In this document: piece by piece, positions 28,163 to 36,605 of the stretch | Layout: each line of letters begins with the position of its first letter | How positions within the stretch are numbered: position 1 is the first letter of the stretch | Origin: Candidatus Binataceae bacterium | Lineage (GTDB): Bacteria > Desulfobacterota > Binatia > Binatales > Binataceae | Direction of reading: 5' to 3' | Assembly: GCA_963752805.1 (NCBI GenBank) | Contig: CAVWAA010000010.1 | Coordinates: forward strand, 73,450 to 137,449 | DNA length: 64,000 bases | Notes under the pieces: generated by a model | Told to the model about the DNA's origin: nothing | Database searches by the model: none | Seen by the model: the letters and a program-made list of their open reading frames with translations, nothing else | Program-made: the position numbers and the translations under genes

Positions 28163-28735
28163 TTATCGCGCTCGCAGGGTCATCAACTGATTAGGCACTC
28201 CCGTATTTCCCTCACTCGGATCGCTATGCGTGTGAGTGTTATACGTGTCAATAATCCCGTTCACCGAATCGGTGTGCTCGTCGGTTTTGAATGTGACATC
28301 CCCATTCGGCGCGCTCAGATTGATGTTGCCCCCATTCGCGGTGATATTCGCGCTACCGCCATTGACCGTGATGTTAATCGTCCCGTTGCTCGGGACGTTG
28401 ATCGCGAGCGTGTGACTACTGCGGTCATACTCAAACGTCGCGGTGTCCTTCATGGTCACGTGCCACTTATCGGCGGTCATTGAGGGCGGCGTCGTATCGG
28501 CTTGCGAATAGATCGCGCCCAGCACTGCGCCGTCTTCGTCATGCGCGTCCATCAGGCACACCACCTGCTCGCCGATATCAGGAATCCAATACGCCTTGTC
28601 GTTCTGCGACTTCGGCACCACGATCGGCAGCCACCATGAAATGAGCTGATTGCGGTCGGGAAATGTCACTCTCACGCGGCAATTCTGCACGTCCTGCGCC
28701 TGCACCAAGCCAACTCGAAACTGCCGTCGTGGCAT
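28163..28735 (-). CDS. Baseplate assembly / spike protein V (P2 gpV, Mu gp45-like)
   Basis: ..FRVGLVQAQDVQNCRVRVTFPDRNQLISWWLPIVVPKSQNDKAYWIPDIGEQVVCLMDAHDEDGAVLGAIYS.. followed by the ..TVNGGSANITANGGNINLSAPNGDVTF..THTHSDP spike tip. Confidence 0.85.
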   Translation of the reverse strand: MPRRQFRVGLVQAQDVQNCRVRVTFPDRNQLISWWLPIVVPKSQNDKAYWIPDIGEQVVCLMDAHDEDGAVLGAIYSQADTTPPSMTADKWHVTMKDTATFEYDRSSHTLAINVPSNGTINITVNGGSANITANGGNINLSAPNGDVTFKTDEHTDSVNGIIDTYNTHTHSDPSEGNTGVPNQLMTLRAR

Positions 28736-28753
28736 GTTCTGGTTCGTCGTGCA

Positions 28754-30470
28754 TCACAACCCTGTCTGCTTCCACGCCGCGCCATTGCAGTAGATTTCGC
28801 AGTGCGTGGTGCCAGCACTGGTCGCGGTCGTGCCGTTTGCGCAGGCTGCGGTGCTGTTCGTCTGCGTGCCTCTCGCGCCTTCCATCGCCGCGTTGCACGT
28901 TCCAAAATTCGCCAACAGCTGGGGCTTGACGATAAGCGGTTCATCATAGGTGGTTGGGTTGCCGGTGTTGGAATGGTTGAAGTAGTGATAATCGAATGCG
29001 CCCGCGCTGGCCAGCGTGCTGCCAGAGTCAACATTACTCAACGGAGTAGTGCATACCCCACCCTGGAACCGGCCTTGTATGTGTACTGCGTCTACGTCGG
29101 TGCCGCCGTTGATTACTATGCAGTTGGTTGGCTCCGTCGAAAACCCGCCGCCATGCTGAATATACCAGGCGGGCATGTTGATGTTGTAGCCGCCCGTAAT
29201 GCTTAGCGGGAGGGTCGTGGCATCGACCTTGCTCAGTTCCTCGTACATATTCGGCATGTAGATGCCGTCTGGAAACAGGCTGCCGATCGGCTCGATGCTC
29301 ACGTATTTGACACCAGTCGCGTTAATGTCCACGATGGCGCACGTGTTGCACACAAAGTCAGTCCACCTGCCGCGATGACCAGTCCGCGAGTGCTGGCGCC
29401 GGTACCGCCTCCGGTTATCCATATGCCGTTAGCATAAATTAGGTTGCCGCTTCCGCCGCCCTGGCCATCAACGAGCATGGCGGTGGAGTTATTAGCTTCG
29501 CTGATGTCAAGTGTGCGAGATATGCCAGGCCGGAGACGTTATCAACCCACAGCGACGCTTCGGTGATGGTCGCGCTAGCGCTCGGGCTTAGGATACAGCC
29601 TTCCACGTCCATGTGGGTATTGTTGGCCGTGATGTTCGCGCTGCTTGCTACTATCGCGGTGCCGTTGAACGTGCTCGCAGCGTTAATTTTGCCGCCGCCA
29701 TTACGCGCCCAGGTGTGACAAATCAGGCGGCCGGAATCAGTCAGCGAAATGCAAGGTCCGGTGCCGCTTGTGTCAGTGCAATTTATCGACGCGCCGTCCA
29801 GTTCCAGAGCTTGTGGATAGCCGGTCGATTGCGCATTCGGAGAGCCGACCGTCAGAACTGATGGCACCGTGTAGGAGACGCCGGGATCGCCATGCACCAC
29901 ACATGCCGCCGTTGGCGCGGCGCCTCCGGGGCATTGGCTGAATGCGGTTACTATGCCCGTGGTGAGAAGACCTGCATGAATTACATGAGGGACGGGATTC
30001 GCATGCTGGCTGGCGGATGCATAATACATCTCATTGCCGGTTTCAGTCGGGCTAGTGATGGCTGCGCTGCCCGCTGTCGCCCCATTCGGGCCAATGAAAT
30101 TAACATTGTATGTTCCCGCGGCAGCGTTGGTCGGACTTACGATGGTGCCTAGATACTCACCTCCGCTCGTTGGAATCACCGCCCCCGCGTCAACGCAGTC
30201 TCCAGCGGTAGTAGGATCGACTTGAGCGTAATCACCCGCGGTAATGCCGCCGCTAAACACGCATGGAGCCACGCCCATGATCTGAATGGTCGCCGTTCCT
30301 GAAGTACCGCAACCTGCGACGCACGGCCCTTGCACTCCCGCCGTCGCTCCCGCTGGTGCAATTTGTGCCTGGTTGGAGCTGGTTACGATAGCGAGTATGT
30401 TGAGCGTCGTGCCGGTGCTGGAGTTCGCGAGAGAGAGCGGTATTCCTGCGGTGCGCGCCACGGCGAGCAT
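28754..30470 (-). pseudogene. Large G/T/A-rich tailspike-like (beta-helix-like) protein, frameshifted near 29430
   Basis: Track ORFs 29439..30470 and 28754..29422 join through a third frame (own translation ..VDGQGGGSGNLIYANGIWITGGGTGAS..). Repetitive turns such as INAASTFNGTAIVASSANITANNTHMDVEGC suggest a beta-helix. The 5' boundary with the preceding gene (30383-30650) is unclear. Confidence 0.35.
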
Positions 30471-30548
30471 GCCGGAGCAATGTCGCTCGCATTCGCGGTC
30501 AACACCTTATCCCAGAGGGTGGCCGCACGTTCCTGCACCGAGACTGTC

Positions 30549-32535
30549 TCATTCGTTCCCAGAGCGATATTGCTGGTGGAACTTAATCGAATCACCAGCG
30601 AACGGATGGACATTGCAGAGCTGGGTGGACGAGATGTTCTTGACTTCATAGCGCCGCTTCAGCGTCTGATTTCCCGCTTGCGGCAGGTTGAACTGGCAGG
30701 CCCCCGACGAGCAGTTGCAATCGACCATCTGGTCGCTGCTGAGTGGGCTATAGGGAGAACCCGCATCGACGAAAGTAGTGATGCCAACCCCTGGCGCGGT
30801 GTATGGCACAGTGCTGCTACAGTGCGTTATCCAGGATGAATCGCCGGCGTCCCAGGTATAGGCCACATCCATTTTATTCGTTGGCGAGACCGAGCGCCGG
30901 GCAACTGGAACCCTGAATGCCGCCTGTGGCGAACGTGGTGAATGTCGCTGTGTGTGCGGCGTCCTGCACAATATGGAAACCGATCTCGCTGCCGGTCAGA
31001 CATCCGGAGGTCGGCAGGGTATAGGTAACGCTCGCCCCGGACAGGGAGCCGATGTACTCATGCCGGATCGGCCAGGAACCGCCCGCCGCCGAAGTGGAGA
31101 GACAGGTAACGGCAGTGTTGACGGTCGGCAGCGTATCGTTCTGCACCTGCTCCAGCGGGGAGAAGGAACCTGGCGAGCCCAGCGCCGGCAGAGCCGCCTT
31201 TCCCGCCGTGCCGCCGCCGAGCGCCGTCCAGAAGGGAGACGCATTGATGTCAGCGCCGCTGACATCCGCCGCGCCGATAGCCTGTGCCGCCGCCTGCCCC
31301 GCCGCGGCCTGGCCGGTGCAGCCCTGCGCGACCGTGCAAGGCACCATCTGCGTCGCGAGCGGACTAATCGTTGCCCCGCCAATCCTGGCAATCGTCGGAC
31401 TCGCGGGGGTGCCGCCGAGATCCCCCGCGACCTGGGCATAAGCGCTCACAGCCGGGTGGACGCCGCAACTGGCGAGTGTGAGCACTGCCGTCGCGGCGTT
31501 CCATTTTGCGTAATAGTACACTGTGGTATTTGCGGCCGGCGCGCCACAGGCATTCGCCCGCGCGGTAGTTGCCGCGCCACTCACTGCCGTGACGTTGGCG
31601 TCGGACAGGCCGGGTTGAGTCGATGCCCACGTTACTCCAGTGTTGGCCGCAAATAGAATGTCGGACGGTGCAGTTGAGCCAATAGCTACTTCGATATCGA
31701 CGGTCTGCCCGTCGGTGAGCACTGTGCTGGCTGGAGCTGTCAGGGTGAGCGCCGTCGAGGTTGTCCCGTTGGCGACGCGATTGATGTCAGCACAATTAGC
31801 AGTGGTGCAAAGCGTCTGAAGAGTGGCCGCACCTGATGTGACAACAGGCGTGTGGGTAAAGCCGGGAGTGCCGCTCGATGGGGTCGGCGGCACGGTACCC
31901 GCGCTGCAATCAGATACCCATGACGAGCGTGTCGCATTGTATTTATATCGCCACGTTGCTTGATTGCCGACGGTAGTGCCAAGCGCGGGACAGGTAGCGC
32001 CCTCGATTCCGCCGCTCGCGGAGGTGGTGAATGTCGCGGTGTGGGCGGCGTCCTGTATCGCGGTTACGTTTATGCTCGCGTTGTCGATGCATCCCGAGGA
32101 CGGGAGTGTGTATGTGACGTTGGCGCCGGACAGGGCCCCGCTGTACCAGTGAGTATCTGGATAATTGCCGCTCGGATTGATGCAAGCCAAAGTCGCACTG
32201 GCAGTTGGCAACGGACTATTTGTCGTTTGTTCGAGGGCTGCCCACGGCCCCGGTGAGCCTGCCGCGGGCATAGCGGTAACGCCGTTGCAACCTTGCGCGA
32301 CCGTGCAAGGCACCGTCTGCGTCGCGAGCGGACCAATCGTCGCGCCGCCAATCTTGGAGACCGTCGGACTGCTGTTGGTGCCGCCGATATCCCCACCGAT
32401 CTGTACTCCGCCGCTGACTGGACCGCCACTGCCGCTGATTCCGCCACCTCCGCCGATCGATTGGGCAAAGGCTGCCGACGCGAGCAGCAAGAGAGCCGCG
32501 ACAATAATGACACACTCTGCGGCACAAGGCCGCAT
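30549..32535 (-). pseudogene. Secreted protein with two ~230-aa internal repeats and a knob-like C-terminus (frameshift near 30880)
   Basis: MRPCAAECVIIVAALLLLASAAFA/QS (signal peptide). The unit IGGATIGPLATQTVPCTVAQGC..TYTLPSSGC..VTAIQDAAHTATFTTSASGGIEGATCPALG occurs twice. After ..SSCPALGLAN the sequence continues in another frame (track ORF 30549..30971: KMDVAYTWDAGDSSWITHCS..GSPYSPLSSDQMV..). Confidence 0.5.
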
Positions 32536-32656
32536 CTCCCCCTGTCGAGGAGGACGGGCGAAGCGCCGGGTGAGGGACCTTCAGACAATGTCTGCTGCGC
32601 GGGGTGATTAGCTGATAACACCTTTACTAATCCCCCTAGCTGATATATCCCTTGCA
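32532..32656. mobile_element. G-type element G3 (left TIR plus leader copy 2; right TIR replaced by P7)
   Basis: catctccccctgtcgaggaggacgggcgaagcgccgggtgagggacc followed by the leader. The ATG at 32535 lies at its edge. Confidence 0.7.
32579..32653 (-). promoter_or_regulatory. Conserved ~75-nt leader, copy 2 (upstream of the 553-aa signal-peptide gene)
   Basis: ttcagacaatgtctgctgcgcggggtgattagctgataacacctttactaatccccctagctgatatatccctt. Contains the 13-bp palindrome CAGACAATGTCTG (32582-32594), whose core GACAATGTC equals that of the operator-like site at 50641. Confidence 0.5.
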
Positions 32657-32674
32657 AATTAATTCCGTCATACC
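32657..32674. repeat. Palindrome element P7 (half copy fused to G3)
   Basis: aattaattccgtcatacc; the left half is replaced by the conserved leader. Confidence 0.7.
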
Positions 32675-32727
32675 GACGCGCTCCTTTGCGCGGCGCAGAG
32701 AGGCTCCTTCGTTTCTTCATCTGCTAG

Positions 32728-33009
32728 TTAGAAATCACAGAATGAATAGGTCGTGCCGCTCGCGCTGATCGCGGCGACGTCGCCCCCCGGCACCATCTTC
32801 GGTCCCGCCGCGGTCAGCACCCAGCTCGCCCCCGGCGCCAGATAGATATCGCTCGACGTTGCGGTGTTACTTGATCCGATCGCCACGTTCATCGGATTCG
32901 TCGTGCCGGTGTTCTGGATCAGCATGTAATGGCGCCCCGTCAGGCCGGCGATATCGTTGGCCCCCACAATCGCGGTCGAAGATGAGGTGACCGCGCCGTG
33001 CAGGTGCAT
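32728..33009 (-). CDS. Hypothetical small beta-rich protein (93 aa)
   Basis: Intact ORF MHLHGAVTSSSTAIVGANDIAGLTGRHYMLIQNTGTTNPMNVAIGSS..; no family recognised. Flanked by twin-hairpin H7 and the G3/P7 repeats. Confidence 0.45.
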   Translation of the reverse strand: MHLHGAVTSSSTAIVGANDIAGLTGRHYMLIQNTGTTNPMNVAIGSSNTATSSDIYLAPGASWVLTAAGPKMVPGGDVAAISASGTTYSFCDF

Positions 33010-33037
33010 ACCGCGTATGCCCGCGAAATCAGCAGCA

Positions 33038-33114
33038 GAACACAGGCTAAAGCCTGTGCCACCAGGAAAGGAATTGTCTGCCTCTTAAGTGGCACCGGCT
33101 TTAGCCGGTGTTCT
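33038..33114. repeat. Twin-hairpin element H7 (arms in swapped order)
   Basis: gaacacaggctaaagcctgtgccac..agtggcaccggctttagccggtgttc. Confidence 0.8.
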
Positions 33115-33517
33115 TCAAGGAGTTTTCTGCGCAAAGGTAATCACCCCCACCGCAGTCGGCGTGGTCCCGCCGAGCTTAGGCACAGTTGATCTCCGCCTGG
33201 CGCGGTAAAACAAATTGAGTGAAGCGACCACGTCGCGCGTGGCAGCGCTCATCGCACCCGTCAGCGCGGTTGTCCCGGTATCGCAATCGGTCGTGGTTTT
33301 GGTCCCATAATCAAATTCGAGCGTCGGCGAAGTGCCGCCGAGGTCTATAGCTGTAGCCGCAGACCTGGATTGGTTCGCCGGTCTCGGGGAGAACGATCTG
33401 ATGCTCGCCTGCTCCGCTGGTGGTGATCGAAATCGCCGCGCTCTCCTTGGGCACGTTGGAGGATTGACACCAATCAGCCCCGGTCATCTGGGCGCTGGCG
33501 GATACCGCAATCAGCAT
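33115..33517 (-). pseudogene. Hypothetical secreted protein, frameshifted near 33330
   Basis: ..LLYAMLIAVSASAQ/MTGADWCQSSNVPKE.. (signal-peptide-like). After ..QVCGYSY the sequence continues in another frame (own translation DLGGTSPTLEFDYGTKTTTDCDTGTTALTG..VITFAQKTP, stop 33115-33117). The start codon is unclear. Confidence 0.3.
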
Positions 33518-33560
33518 TGCGTAGAGCAGAACTGCCAGACTAAAGAGGTCGAATCTTAAT

Positions 33561-33769
33561 CAGCGGAGCCGAGGAATCAACGCGAAACGGTAGCGGCGAT
33601 ATCGCCAGGCGGGTTGCCAAACAATTTGAACTGGCAGCCTTCTGGTTCAAACGGATCGGTGCGGAGCGTGCAATCGAGCACTGAATCGCTTCGCGTTGAC
33701 CTCTCGGCTGTGCTCGGGGTGACATCAGAAGAGCCAAAACGTTGATCTCGGCTGCGCTCGGAATGACAG
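33561..33769. mobile_element. MITE-like element M3 (opposite orientation, one terminus truncated) plus an adjacent solo terminus
   Basis: cagcggagccgaggaatcaacgcgaaacgg..caatttgaactggcagccttctggttcaaac..gaatcgcttcgcgttgacctctcggctgtgctcggggtgaca, then gttgatctcggctgcgctcggaatgacaga (33741-33769). Confidence 0.75.
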
Positions 33770-33771
33770 AA

Positions 33772-34754
33772 TCATACCTTTCGCACCTCCACTTCGGTCG
33801 TATAGCCTGTGCTGCGCTCCAGCCGGTGCTTGCTTGATTCGATGTGATACTTGCCGTCGAATGCCGAAGCCCTGTAGCGCGTTGACGCCGGCGGCCAGCA
33901 GAATCGTCCCCTCCGTCTCGATTCGGCCGGTCACCTGGTCCTTGTTCGCATCGTGCAGCGCGCTGTCCGCCTTGAGCTGTGCATGCTGCGGCGTTTCGCA
34001 GCGCGTGACGATATGCAGATCGTCGCCAGTAGGGACGGAATCAACGCCTCTCGCCTCCGACTGCGCGCGATCAATTGCTTCTTCGGCGGATTCTGATAGG
34101 CCACCGTCGCACTCCGGTAGATTTGCTGGGTGCGGGTCTTAAATTCGAAGCTCTTGGCGATCCGAAGGAAGGGCGGAATTGGTTCTGCTAAAGAGTCAGC
34201 ACAGGCGCCGCCTGCTCCAGCGGCGTCCGCGCATAGAAGATGAGCTGCGTCCCCCGAACCGAGAAATCATAATTGTGTGCAACCGCAATGCGCCGCAGGA
34301 AATACAGATCGGTCTCATTGTGCTGGGTCAGCCGCGACCAGGTAACGTTGATGTTGGCGGGGGCGCCGGTTACCGTCATTCGATGCCGGCTGGCGACCGT
34401 GCCCGCGACCTGGAGCAGGGTCTGCGATTCATATGCCGCGCTCCTGGGGGTGCGAATCGACGGCGTGATGCCCGCGGCGATGCACTTCAAATGAAACGTA
34501 TCGGGCGGCCCCTTCAGCTCCAGTTCGTCCACCTGAAAATCACCGCAGTTGAGCAGCTCCTCGCCGTCGTAACCGATCAGCAGAGTGACGATATCGCCGC
34601 ACACCGGGAACCACGGTCCCTGCCATCGGCGGTCGCGGTCCTCCAGCGTCACTGCGACTTCGTCACTGACGTGGGCTATTTTGTCGACGTAGCTGATCTC
34701 AGTCACCATCCCGGAAACGTCCGCCGTGATATTCACTCCCGAGTAAGTCAGCAC
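33772..34754 (-). pseudogene. Tail protein D (P2 gpD / Mu gpP-like), frameshifted
   Basis: VLTYSGVNITADVSGMVTEISYVDKIAHVSDEVAVTLEDRDRRWQGPWFPVCGDIVTLLIGY..CGDFQVDELELKGPPDTFHLKCIAAG..QHNETDLYFLRRIAVAHNYDFSV is the Phage_GPD pattern. The C-terminal part is scattered over other frames (..GRIETEGTILLAAGVNALQGFG then FDGKYHIESSKHRLERSTGYTTEVEVRKV, stop 33772-33774). Confidence 0.75.
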
Positions 34755-34868
34755 CCATCGCGGATGCCGGACTGGAAATGCAAACGGTCAGCCGCCAATC
34801 AGCGCAGCACCCTCACCCTTCCCTCTCCCGCAAAAGAGCAGTGAGGCCTCGACCGCGCGCCCGTTTTA

Positions 34869-34910
34869 GACCCTCGCGCGTGGCTGCCGCGTAATGCCCC
34901 GCGTTTTTGC
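34869..34910. repeat. R-family element R3 (fragment)
   Basis: gaccctcgcgcgtggctgccgcgtaatgccccgcgtttttgc. Confidence 0.6.
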
Positions 34911-34970
34911 CGGCCTTATCGTTTCCACGGTGGCAAATCCTCTGTTTCCTGCTTACCGCTGGATTCACTA

Positions 34971-35138
34971 TCAGGAGCGGCACTCCGATACCAGCCCCGC
35001 CTCGAATACCGCCTCGATCGGAATCTGCGGGTTGGTCTGGATAATCGGACCGAACAGGGACGCATCGCCGTAGTACTGCCAGGCAATCGAGTCCCATCGC
35101 TCGCCGGCGATGGTGATATGTGGAATGAACGCGCCCAT
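34971..35138 (-). CDS. Tail protein X-like (LysM-like) small protein, possibly truncated
   Basis: Own translation from ATG 35138: MGAFIPHITIAGERWDSIAWQYYGDASLFGPIIQTNPQIPIEAVFEAGLV.. follows the gpX pattern (GDRWD.IA..YYGD...ANP......G). The last codons may be frameshifted, since the alternative frame reads IGVPLLIV. Confidence 0.45.
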   Translation of the reverse strand: MGAFIPHITIAGERWDSIAWQYYGDASLFGPIIQTNPQIPIEAVFEAGLVSECRS

Positions 35139-35168
35139 TCTTAATAATGACCCTCTTTGCGGCTACGC

Positions 35169-35230
35169 CGCATCTCCCCCTGACAGGGGGAGAACGACGC
35201 CGTTGCCGCGGCGCAGAGAGGGCCCTTTCA
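35169..35230. repeat. Hairpin-plus-tail repeat, copy a
   Basis: catctccccctgacagggggagaacgacgccgttgccgcggcgcagagagggccctttcac. Confidence 0.7.
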
Positions 35231-35386
35231 CTCCGACAGCCGCTCCATGAACCTCATCAACGCGATCGATTCTTTCGACTCGGGCGGATACAGCAGAATC
35301 TCTTCGCCAAGCAGGCGGATAATCATGTTCATCGTGATGATGTCGATCTCTCCGCCTACCCTCATTACTTTTTTCAGTGCTTCCAT
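35228..35386 (-). CDS. Hypothetical small protein (52 aa)
   Basis: MEALKKVMRVGGEIDIITMNMIIRLLGEEILLYPPESKESIALMRFMERLSE. AT-richer than its surroundings and bracketed by direct repeats at 35169-35230 and 35698-35762. Coding status uncertain. Confidence 0.3.
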   Translation of the reverse strand: MEALKKVMRVGGEIDIITMNMIIRLLGEEILLYPPESKESIALMRFMERLSE

Positions 35387-35697
35387 TCGCTCAAAAATTG
35401 TAGGTCGATGATGGCGGCAGCAATGGACCCGGGTCGGGCTCGGCATCCGCCGCATGCGGCTGCTTCCGCCACCAGCGGAGCCACCATCGCCGCCAGCGCC
35501 AGCGATTCATCCCGCCCACCTCGATGTCATAGCCGCCAATGAGCGCGGGCACAGGAGACCGAAGTCGCGCCGGTCAGAGCAATTCCCTTATAAGTGACTG
35601 TGCTCATTTGCCTCGGGGCAGATCATCGCCACGTTGACGCAGCCGGAAAGGAGCAGCGCCGGCAGGAGGAGGAAAGGACCCCCTCTGCGCCGCCGAA

Positions 35698-35762
35698 ACG
35701 GCGGCGTTCTCCCCCTGTCAGGGGGAGATGCGGCGCTGTGCCGCAGAGAGGGTCCTTTGATC
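35698..35762. repeat. Hairpin-plus-tail repeat, copy b (direct with copy a)
   Basis: ggcggcgttctccccctgtcagggggagatgcggcgctgtgccgcagagagggtcctttgatc. Confidence 0.7.
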
Positions 35763-35769
35763 CTGCTCT

Positions 35770-36452
35770 TCATCCGGCCCTCACGATCGTCGATGGCGAC
35801 ACGTTGGCGGGATTGCCTGGTTGCGCGCGGCCGGGCCGCTGCCCACTACGCCACTCATCCCGGGCTGCGAATAGCGTCGCTGCACTGTAGGTCGCGCCGC
35901 CAAAGACCCCGGCACCGATCAGTTGCGCGATTTCGGACACCGGGGCGAGATTACCCGAGCTGATCGCTTCCAGCGGATCGAACGGGGACCGCAGTTGCTG
36001 CGGTCCTCCGATAATCTGCTGCACGATCCCAGGGGGCGGAGTCGCCCGTCGAGGGGGAGCAAGAGGATCGAAGTCCACCCCCGGGATCCACTCATGCAGC
36101 TCGACCTTGGCCGAGATTGCGATAAAGCTGCCGTCGTCGGCGAGCTGATGATGGGTCTCTTCGAGCTATTCAATCACGAAGTATCCCCGATGCACCCCGT
36201 TGCCGAAAATTAATGCTCGCGCCTGATGGTCCTCGGCCGCCGCCCGCAGCAGGTTCATCTGAGTCGCAGGATTGACGAACGCGACGTGGAAGCCGAGCTC
36301 GAGCGAAATCTTCTGCAGTTCGGTCGCTAGCCATTGCAGGCGCGGCCGCGCCTCGACCACCTCATGCTCAGCATAGTGTAGTCAGTCGTGGAGCGAAAAG
36401 CCTCCGGCGAGGTCAGCACTTCAAAGAAGATTTCACCTAATATCGCGAACAT
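35770..36452 (-). pseudogene. Tail protein U-like (Phage_P2_GpU family) with one frameshift and one in-frame TAG
   Basis: Own translation from ATG 36452 (SD AAAGGA): MFAILGEIFFEVLTSPEAFRSTTDYT, then a +1 shift to YAEHEVVEARPRLQWLATELQKISLELGFHVAFVNPATQMNLLRAAAEDHQARALIFGNGVHRGYFVIE, a TAG at 36166-36168, then LEETHHQLADDGSFIAISAKVELHEWIPG.. in the same frame. Confidence 0.65.
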
Positions 36453-36605
36453 TGCTTCATCCTTTCGGTTGTCGGAGGTCGACTGAAGTGAAAACACTCG
36501 TGCAACACTGGCCTTCGTTTCTGACGGCCCTATCAGTCTTATGTCTAAAGTGTCCGGCTGGTCTCGTCCGCTTCGCCCAATAGCATCTCCTACGGGGGCC
36601 AGCTG

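Noticed and set aside
32070-32720. 216-aa ORF 32070..32720 (and the N-terminal 44 codons of ORF 22254..23858) as real coding sequence
   Set aside because: They read through the G-type element and the conserved leader. The leader is in frame with the downstream CDS in one locus and out of frame in the other, so its conservation is at nucleotide level, not protein level.
36166-36168. TAG reassigned as a sense codon in the phage-derived block
   Set aside because: I noticed only this one in-frame TAG inside a conserved domain, and the same gene also has a frameshift. TAG appears to terminate at least one intact gene (gpI-like, 19569-19571). No suppressor tRNA is in the window. A nonsense mutation is the simpler explanation.
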